From a candidate division FCPU426 bacterium (lineage in GTDB: Bacteria > Oederibacteriota > JAAXVQ01 > JAUVAV01), in contig DAOWGI010000079.1 in the NCBI GenBank assembly GCA_030637655.1, forward strand, positions 1 to 16,114: DNA of 16,114 nt, written 5' to 3'. Both the position numbers and the translations under genes were made by a program. Of this stretch, positions 10,169 through 16,114 are shown piece by piece (the stretch's first letter is position 1; every line of letters starts with the position of its first letter). The notes under the pieces are model-generated. The model ran no database searches and had not been told where the DNA came from. It saw only the letters and a list, made by a program, of their open reading frames with translations.

Positions 10169-10753
10169 ATGCCTTTATCCATTACTCCCCATGATGCTCT
10201 GCTGGTGGTTGATATGCAGAATGATTTTATGCCTGGAGGCGCCCTGGGTGTTACCGGTGGTGATGAAATTGTCCCCCTGGTCAATCAACTGCTGGAGCTG
10301 TTTCAGATACGGGTCTTTTCCCGTGACTGGCACCCGGCAAATCACAGTAGTTTTTCCGACAATCCCACTTTCACAGATAATTCCTGGCCGGCCCACTGTG
10401 TGCAGGACACAGCCGGTGCGCAATTTCACCAAGACCTCAAAACCGATTTGGCGGATAAAATCGTGAGCAAAGCCACCACCGTTGAACAAGAAGCCTATTC
10501 TGCTTTCCAAAACACAGACTTGGAAAATTGGCTGCAGCAAAAAGGTATTCAGCGCGTCTTTATTGTCGGCTTAGCTACCGATTATTGTGTTAAATTTTCC
10601 GCCTTGGACGCGCAAGAGATTGGTTTTGATACTTATGTTATTCGCAATGCCACCCGGGGCGTGGATAATCCCCCTGGCAACGAAATCCAACAAGTGCAAA
10701 CCATGGAGAATGCCGGCATTCACATTATCTACAGCAAAAATATTTTCGAATAA
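10169..10753 (+). CDS. pncA: Nicotinamidase/pyrazinamidase
   Basis: VVDMQNDFMPGGAL, DWHP, WPAHCVQDT, YSAF, GLATDYCV. AGGAGG 8 nt before ATG 10169; adjacent to pncB. Confidence 0.95.
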   Translation: MPLSITPHDALLVVDMQNDFMPGGALGVTGGDEIVPLVNQLLELFQIRVFSRDWHPANHSSFSDNPTFTDNSWPAHCVQDTAGAQFHQDLKTDLADKIVSKATTVEQEAYSAFQNTDLENWLQQKGIQRVFIVGLATDYCVKFSALDAQEIGFDTYVIRNATRGVDNPPGNEIQQVQTMENAGIHIIYSKNIFE

Positions 10754-12211
10754 ATGAACCCGAATAATATAATCACCCATTGGATCCGTCGCGAGGGACT
10801 GGCTTTATTAACCGATTTTTATGAACTTACCATGCTATCCGGTTATTTAAAACACGGATTAGCAGAGCAAAATGTCGCTTTTGAATACTTCTTCAGGACT
10901 TTACCCAAGCACAATGGCTTTGTGCTTACTGCCGGACTGGAACAATTCCTTAATTATTTGGAAAACCTCCATTTCAACCAGGATGATATTGCCTACCTGG
11001 AGAGTTTAAAGGTTTTTAATCAAGAAACCCTGGACTATTTGCAAACCTTCCGGCCAAATATCAATGTCTGGGCCATTCCGGAAGGCACACCTGTTTTTCC
11101 ACACGAACCCATTATTCGTCTCACCGGCCCTCTGCCTCATCTACAACTGGTTGAGTCCTTTTTATTGAATGCACTCAACTACCAATCCTTGATTGCCACC
11201 AAAACTGCCCGTATTTGTCTGGCCGCCCAAGGCGACCCGGTCTTGGAATTCGGTCTACGGCGCGCTCAAGGACCGGACGGTAGTCTTATAGGAAGTCGTG
11301 GCGCGTATATTGGAGGAGCTATTGGCACCAGCAATGTACTGGCCGGCAGGATTTTCCAGATCCCTGTCCGTGGCACACATGCGCATTCCTGGGTTATGAG
11401 TTTTGATTCTGAAAAAGAGGCTTTTGAATCCTTTGCCGACACCTTTCCCAAAGGCTGCGTATTATTGGTGGATACCTACAACACACTCCATAGTGGCGTG
11501 CCCCATGCCATTGAGGTTTTTAAAGCCCGGCCGCATTTATCCCCAGCCATCCGTATTGATTCCGGTGATCTGTCCAAACTTTCCAAAGCCGCACACCGTC
11601 AATTTACGCAAGCCAATATGCCGGATGTCCGAATTGTTGGAACCAATGATTTGGACGAGGATCTGATTGCTGATTTAAAACGCCAGGGAGCAAAAATCAA
11701 CACCTGGGCTGTGGGCACCCATCTGATCACATCCAAAGATCATCCGGCTTTGGACGGTGTATACAAACTGGTGGCCCTCGAAAAGGACGGGACCTGGGCC
11801 CCTCGCATCAAGCTTTCTGCCAATCCGGAAAAAGCGACAGATCCGGGGCTCAAGCGGCCTATCCGTTGTTACAACCAGGATCATCAACCTTTAGCCGATA
11901 TTTTAATCACAGATCAGGAATCCCATGCTCAAGGCCCGGGTTCCATTGCCATTGACCGCTTATTTTTGCACCAGAAGCGCAAAGTAAGCAATATCGCGAG
12001 TACTGAAGAACTCCTGGTTCCTGTCTATCAAAATCATAAATACCTAGGCACACCGCCTACCTTGGAGCAAATTCGTCAGCATGCCCGGCAATGTCTGGCT
12101 TGCTTTCCTGAAGAATATTTACGTTTGCGGAATCCTGAAATTTACTGGCTGGGACTGTCGCCGGAACTGGCAAAAATAAAAAAAAGTGTTCTGCGTGATC
12201 TGAATGAATAA
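10754..12211 (+). CDS. pncB: Nicotinate phosphoribosyltransferase
   Basis: LLTDFYELTM, EFGLRRAQ, GTHAHSW, LLVDTY, IRIDSGD, GVYKLV. Starts immediately after the pncA stop (TAAATG). Confidence 0.97.
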   Translation: MNPNNIITHWIRREGLALLTDFYELTMLSGYLKHGLAEQNVAFEYFFRTLPKHNGFVLTAGLEQFLNYLENLHFNQDDIAYLESLKVFNQETLDYLQTFRPNINVWAIPEGTPVFPHEPIIRLTGPLPHLQLVESFLLNALNYQSLIATKTARICLAAQGDPVLEFGLRRAQGPDGSLIGSRGAYIGGAIGTSNVLAGRIFQIPVRGTHAHSWVMSFDSEKEAFESFADTFPKGCVLLVDTYNTLHSGVPHAIEVFKARPHLSPAIRIDSGDLSKLSKAAHRQFTQANMPDVRIVGTNDLDEDLIADLKRQGAKINTWAVGTHLITSKDHPALDGVYKLVALEKDGTWAPRIKLSANPEKATDPGLKRPIRCYNQDHQPLADILITDQESHAQGPGSIAIDRLFLHQKRKVSNIASTEELLVPVYQNHKYLGTPPTLEQIRQHARQCLACFPEEYLRLRNPEIYWLGLSPELAKIKKSVLRDLNE

Positions 12212-12219
12212 AAACTATC

Positions 12220-12320
12220 GCGGAGCTTTCAGGGGGGCCGCAGGTCCCCCTGACGCAAACGCCGATGCGTTTTGCTGGCCCCTCCTATCCGATTCAGGGG
12301 CCCCGCCCCCGAACCCCCGC
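12220..12320. repeat. GC-rich multi-hairpin REP-like inverted doublet
   Basis: TCAGGGGGGCC-GCA-GGTCCCCCTGA (12229-12253), GCAAACGC/GCGTTTTGC (12255-12275), GGCCCCT/AGGGGCC (12277-12302). Both ends read inward as GCGG..TTC.GGGGG...CCCCTGA. Confidence 0.6.
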
Positions 12321-12340
12321 TCTCTATTTTTATAGAGAGC
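12319..12340. terminator. Hairpin between convergent pncB and NYN genes (possible terminator)
   Basis: GCTCTCTAT-TTTT-ATAGAGAGC, a perfect 9-bp stem with no clear U-tract. Confidence 0.35.
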
Positions 12341-12360
12341 CACGGGATACGGGTTTAACC

Positions 12361-12891
12361 TTACCAAAGTCCTTGGGTCTTTCTGTGGTTTTTCGGCGCT
12401 TTACGGGGATTGCCCTTTTTCTTGGTATGCCCCACCCACCCTTTTTCTTCACGTTTTCCGTGCCAATAATCCGTGTTTTTCGGCGTCAGTTTTCCCGGCC
12501 GGCTCCTCCGCAAAAGCTCTTCCGGTGGAGCCACATTAACCCGATACATGCGGCAGGAAACAGCCAAATCACGATCTGCTGTTATGACTAAATATCCACA
12601 ACAATTGGCAGCATCCGAAGCAACCAGGTCCTTAATTACTTCATCGGCAGTTTCTCCTTGCGCCGAATAGATGATATGAATGCCCTCACGCTGAGAACGT
12701 TGACGAAAAGAATTGGGCCCATTGGCGCCATCATATACCACAGTAATACGATTGGTTGTGCCTCGCCTATACTGTGCCAACTTCTGAATTAAAATATTCT
12801 GCGCGCCATAGAAATTAATACTCTCAATCGCTGACAATTCTGAATCCCCGCGGATCACATTAAATCCATCCACAATAACGTGTTTTGGCAC
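12361..12891 (-). CDS. YacP/Rae1-like NYN-domain ribonuclease
   Basis: IVDGFNVI, VVYDG, ETADEVI, VITADRDL (PIN-like acidic residues) and basic tail KKGNPRKAPK. AAGGAG 7 nt before GTG 12891. Confidence 0.88.
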   Translation of the reverse strand: MPKHVIVDGFNVIRGDSELSAIESINFYGAQNILIQKLAQYRRGTTNRITVVYDGANGPNSFRQRSQREGIHIIYSAQGETADEVIKDLVASDAANCCGYLVITADRDLAVSCRMYRVNVAPPEELLRRSRPGKLTPKNTDYWHGKREEKGWVGHTKKKGNPRKAPKNHRKTQGLW

Positions 12892-12920
12892 CACTCCACT
12901 CCTTTAAGTACTTTTTTAAT

Positions 12921-12965
12921 AAAAAAGCCGGAGTCTTGAAAAACAAGAGCTCCGGCTTTCTTTTT
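12921..12965 (-). terminator. Rho-independent terminator, probably bidirectional, after the barrel gene
   Basis: AAAGCCGGAG-TCTTG-AAAAA-CAAGA-G-CTCCGGCTTT with an A-run on the left and a T-rich run on the right. Confidence 0.85.
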
Positions 12966-12974
12966 GGCATTTTT

Positions 12975-13862
12975 TCAAAAGGCAAAACACAAACTCGCGC
13001 CGCCTATGATGCGCCAATCATAACGCGGTGCAGCGGTTGGCCGGTCATCCTGAACTTCCAGCGGGATGGCATATCCGATTTTGGCTTTAAAAATACCTTT
13101 TTTCAGACTGATTCCCGGAATAAAGGTCATGGTATTTCCAGCGCTGTCCTCAAGCACCTGGCCGGCGCTTTTTACTTCTCCGTAGGTACTGCCCAGCAAT
13201 TCAGCGTGAATGGTAAAGATATCGCCGCCAGTGGGCACTTCCACACCCAGACGCCAATGCGTTCCATCTCCGGGTTTAATTTTAACCGGATCATAAATGA
13301 TCTCCCCGGTATTAATATCCACATCGACCGGCTCCTCTTTGTCATACTCTCCCCGGTACTCATATCCAACATTAGCATGCAATTTAGCAAACATAATATC
13401 CATATCCGCTGCCAAGAAAGGATAAAAATCCAGACCCTCGCCCAGGTATTTTTCCGGGTCACCGGTTGGCAAGGTAAAATTTACGCCCAATGCCAAATTA
13501 AAAACCGGCAGTCCCAGGAGACCGGTTTTGAGGCCAATGCCAATATCCCGTATACCACTATAATTTTCTTCCTGCGCAGCCTCAATATTGCTCTTTACTG
13601 AACCGTAGGGAATCGTAATCTTGGCTTCCAATACCGGAAATCCCAGGCGGACAAAGACCGGAATATCATTCACCGTGGATTCCACTGCGGATTGACCCTC
13701 TTCTTCAATTTTCTCATAGGAATAATCAAATTCAGCGCCAATCTCAATACCTGTCATACCGGTCACATTGGCAGCCTGATCAAAAGCAATCGGTTCTGCC
13801 TGCGCCAATAAAGGTGACCCTACCAACATTGCACATACCAGCAAGCTTAATTTCTTCAACAT
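12975..13862 (-). CDS. Outer-membrane beta-barrel transporter, COG4313/MetA-phenol-degradation-like
   Basis: GGAGG 7 nt before ATG 13862; signal peptide (..LLAQA). Motifs ITIPY, SGIRDIGIGLK, LGVNFTLPTGD, HANVGYEY, GYAIPL; terminal Phe. Confidence 0.72.
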   Translation of the reverse strand: MLKKLSLLVCAMLVGSPLLAQAEPIAFDQAANVTGMTGIEIGAEFDYSYEKIEEEGQSAVESTVNDIPVFVRLGFPVLEAKITIPYGSVKSNIEAAQEENYSGIRDIGIGLKTGLLGLPVFNLALGVNFTLPTGDPEKYLGEGLDFYPFLAADMDIMFAKLHANVGYEYRGEYDKEEPVDVDINTGEIIYDPVKIKPGDGTHWRLGVEVPTGGDIFTIHAELLGSTYGEVKSAGQVLEDSAGNTMTFIPGISLKKGIFKAKIGYAIPLEVQDDRPTAAPRYDWRIIGGASLCFAF

Positions 13863-13949
13863 ACTCACACCTCCCGTAGATATTGTATTGTCTTTCGTTC
13901 CAGAGGAGGTTTCTCTTGTCCTCCCCTGGTTTGCAAAGTGCCGGGTTAA

Positions 13950-13978
13950 AGTTTAGCGCGTAGCAGTTTACTAATCAA
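13950..13978 (-). promoter_or_regulatory. Putative sigma70 promoter of the barrel gene
   Basis: Minus strand TTGATT (13978-13973), 17 bp, TAAACT (13955-13950). Confidence 0.55.
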
Positions 13979-14005
13979 GCACAAAACGACTGTATTGAGT
14001 GAATC

Positions 14006-15862
14006 TCAAGACTCCAATGTCACTGTAAACCAGCCGCGCACAGAATTAGACAACCGAATTTCGTCCGCGGTTCCCAGCTCTGCTGAAAATAATGTTTTTT
14101 CTTGTATATTCAGCTTTTTCTGACGTAATAATTTTTGCCGCTCAATACCCGGCAACAATCCGGCAGTCACAGGTGGTGTATACCAGCAGCCTTTCTTTTT
14201 AAGGTACACATTCGTAACGCACCCTTCGGTCACGGCACCCTTTTCATTAGTGAATAACACATCAACAAATCCACGTTTTTGCGCTCTGGAATATTCCGCA
14301 TTGTACAATTCACGATTACTGGTTTTATGATACAAAAATATATTTCTCGATTGCGTCTGAAAACGGGAAAATTGTATTTTGCGTGTTTTGCCCGCCGCTT
14401 GCTTTATCACCGGAAAGACTTCAACACGGCAGGTTCCCGCGGCAAACAACAAAAGTCTAATTCGCATGGTTTGTTTGTTTTCCTTAAAAACCCGCTGCGC
14501 TTTTTCCAATTTCGTCAAAATGGATTTGCGCTTCCAGGGAATTTTAAAAAACTGGGCTGAGACACGTAGTCTATGCAAGTGTTGTTTAAGATCCGCATAT
14601 CCGGCTGCTGTATCCCAGCGCATGGTTTCAATCAAATGGTAATCACGCTCTAACAGGCGAACAAAACGCGCTTTGACATGACTCTCTTCCCACTCCGAAG
14701 ATGCTTCGGAATCAGCCACTATCCCACTACCAATACCCACACGCACATCACACGTGCGAGGATTGATTTCCAAGGTTCGGATAGGCACATTGAACACAGC
14801 TTTTTTTTGTGGTGTGATAAAACCAAAGGCGCCGGTATAAACACCACGATTGTGCTTTTCCAGTTCAGCTATGATTTGCATGGTTCGGATTTTCGGAGCT
14901 CCGGTTACTGAACCGCAAGGATAGATATTTTTAAATACCTCCAACCAGGTATTCCGCTTCTGCAATTTCCCGGTTACGGTGGAAGTCATTTGATAAACCG
15001 TGCTATAGTTTTCGATATGAAATAAGTCCGTGGTCAAAATAGAGCCGGTTTCACAGATGCGTCCCAGATCATTTCGCAAAAGATCAACAATCATCACATT
15101 TTCCGCGCGATTTTTCTTAGAATGCAGTAACTGCTCGCGAATTTTTACATCACGCGCTTCATTCCCTGTTCTGGCTGCAGTTCCCTTCATGGGCTTCGTC
15201 TGTAGTTGCCGGCCGTGGCGTTGAAAAAAAAGTTCCGGCGAAAGCGAAAGAATGGTTTTATTGCCGCCCCGCAGCATCCCGGCATAGCCCACCGGTTGGA
15301 TTTTATACAAATCCAGAAACAAGGCGCCGGCATTCCCGACCAGGCGACTGCGCAGTGGAAACGTATAATTGACCTGATACGTATCCCCGGCTGTGATATA
15401 TTTCTTTATTTTTTTAATTTGCGTTTGGTAGGCGGCAAATGTGATTTCAGATTCAGCCGGCGCCAACCAATATTCCGGCCGGCGTGACCTGACCGATTGG
15501 GCCAGCACGGTTTTTAGTTGGTTCTGAGTAATTTTTCGGCTGGGCGCAAAAACCCCAAGCCAGGCCAATGGTGGTTGAATGGCTTGCGGTGATTTGCCTA
15601 TATTTTCAAAAGCATAGCCTAATTCATAGGTGAAATAGCCGGCCAGCGAATATCCCTGATCCAGGGCTTTTTCCAGGGCTTTAAAAAAACGGGGAATATC
15701 AGCAGCCTGCAGGCATTCCAGTTCACCTTGCAGGTCTGAAAATAACAGACCTGCCTGATAGTGCGTACGCGAAGCATTGGGAGAAAACAAAAAGCAAGCA
15801 CCAGTATCAGTGCCATGCAAAAAGTGTTCCCAGGATGTAGCGGCTGCAAAAGAGGTGGGCAA
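14006..15862 (-). CDS. pabB: Aminodeoxychorismate synthase component I fused to a class-IV aminotransferase/ADC-lyase-like domain; start uncertain
   Basis: GDTYQVNYT, SPELFF, KPMKGT, AENVMIVDLLRNDL, PCGSVTGAPK, FNVPIRT, GSGIVADS; then LIETMR, HLHRL, YHKT, TEGCVTNV, GLLPGIER, NSVRG. TTG at 15862 follows AAGGGGG. Confidence 0.93.
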   Translation of the reverse strand: MPTSFAAATSWEHFLHGTDTGACFLFSPNASRTHYQAGLLFSDLQGELECLQAADIPRFFKALEKALDQGYSLAGYFTYELGYAFENIGKSPQAIQPPLAWLGVFAPSRKITQNQLKTVLAQSVRSRRPEYWLAPAESEITFAAYQTQIKKIKKYITAGDTYQVNYTFPLRSRLVGNAGALFLDLYKIQPVGYAGMLRGGNKTILSLSPELFFQRHGRQLQTKPMKGTAARTGNEARDVKIREQLLHSKKNRAENVMIVDLLRNDLGRICETGSILTTDLFHIENYSTVYQMTSTVTGKLQKRNTWLEVFKNIYPCGSVTGAPKIRTMQIIAELEKHNRGVYTGAFGFITPQKKAVFNVPIRTLEINPRTCDVRVGIGSGIVADSEASSEWEESHVKARFVRLLERDYHLIETMRWDTAAGYADLKQHLHRLRVSAQFFKIPWKRKSILTKLEKAQRVFKENKQTMRIRLLLFAAGTCRVEVFPVIKQAAGKTRKIQFSRFQTQSRNIFLYHKTSNRELYNAEYSRAQKRGFVDVLFTNEKGAVTEGCVTNVYLKKKGCWYTPPVTAGLLPGIERQKLLRQKKLNIQEKTLFSAELGTADEIRLSNSVRGWFTVTLES

Positions 15863-15916
15863 GCCAACCCCCTTAAAAATGATGAAACCTCCCAAAATAC
15901 GGGAGGAATAAACAGA

Positions 15917-16092
15917 GTAACATGTCAGTCATGCGATTTTTTTGTTTGTCATTCCCGAGGGTTTAATCGGCCCCGACCGGTAAAGATATATAGGGACGCC
16001 TTCGGCAGGAATCTGGTTTTTTAAACCGTATCCCCGATACAAGCATTCGGGGATGACAAGCTTTGTTTAACCGCAGTTCACTGACATGTTAC
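15917..16092. mobile_element. 176-bp MITE with 13-bp perfect TIRs and 8-bp target-site duplication (IS66-like ends)
   Basis: GTAACATGTCAGT (15917-15929) and ACTGACATGTTAC (16080-16092), flanked by TAAACAGA at 15909-15916 and 16093-16100. Contains palindrome 15948-16057. Confidence 0.9.
15971..16008. repeat. Micro-insert copy C (38 bp)
   Basis: CCCCGACCGGTAAAGATATATAGGGACGCCTTCGGCAG lies between AATCGG and GAATC; removing it restores GTCATTCCCGAGGGTTTAATCGGGAATC. Confidence 0.8.
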
Positions 16093-16114
16093 TAAACAGA
16101 ATATTTTTTACTTC

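Noticed and set aside
10169-12211. pncA-pncB as a possible defence-related NAD system, together with the NYN RNase and patatin
   Set aside because: An ordinary NAD salvage operon. The NYN protein is YacP-like, the patatin is a lipoprotein, and no cyclase, SIR2/TIR or other defence genes are present.
12885-13601. 238-aa plus-strand ORF and other overlapping or antisense ORFs in the track (e.g. 1585-2082, 6055-6540, 7695-8105)
   Set aside because: They overlap well-supported genes and show no recognisable domains.
15888-15906. CCTCCC/GGGAGG hairpin upstream of pabB
   Set aside because: A 6-bp stem with no U-tract or recognisable riboswitch features.

Overview
Bacterial chromosomal window, probably from a diderm, since it encodes two beta-barrel-type proteins ending in Phe. 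The genes are mostly housekeeping or metabolic: an SDR oxidoreductase, an ABC_sub_bind-type periplasmic protein paired with a porin-like protein carrying a QET tandem repeat, ligA, a patatin lipoprotein, mutM, queH, an FAD-linked oxidase, pncA-pncB, a YacP/NYN ribonuclease, a COG4313-like barrel and a fused PabB-PabC. The most unusual signal is non-coding. The intergenic regions hold what looks like a three-layer nested set of non-autonomous elements. (1) GTAAC...GTTAC-ended MITEs, one with perfect 13-bp TIRs and an 8-bp target-site duplication like IS66. (2) Inside them, GTCATT...ATGAC three-hairpin palindromes. (3) Inside those, a 37-44 bp CCCCGAC...GGGACG...GCAG micro-insert found at two different positions of the same hairpin, with no target duplication. 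One composite sits in the inferred ligA leader between two copies of the ligA Shine-Dalgarno region. No transposase, tRNA/rRNA or CRISPR array is visible. All calls are by eye; no searches were run.
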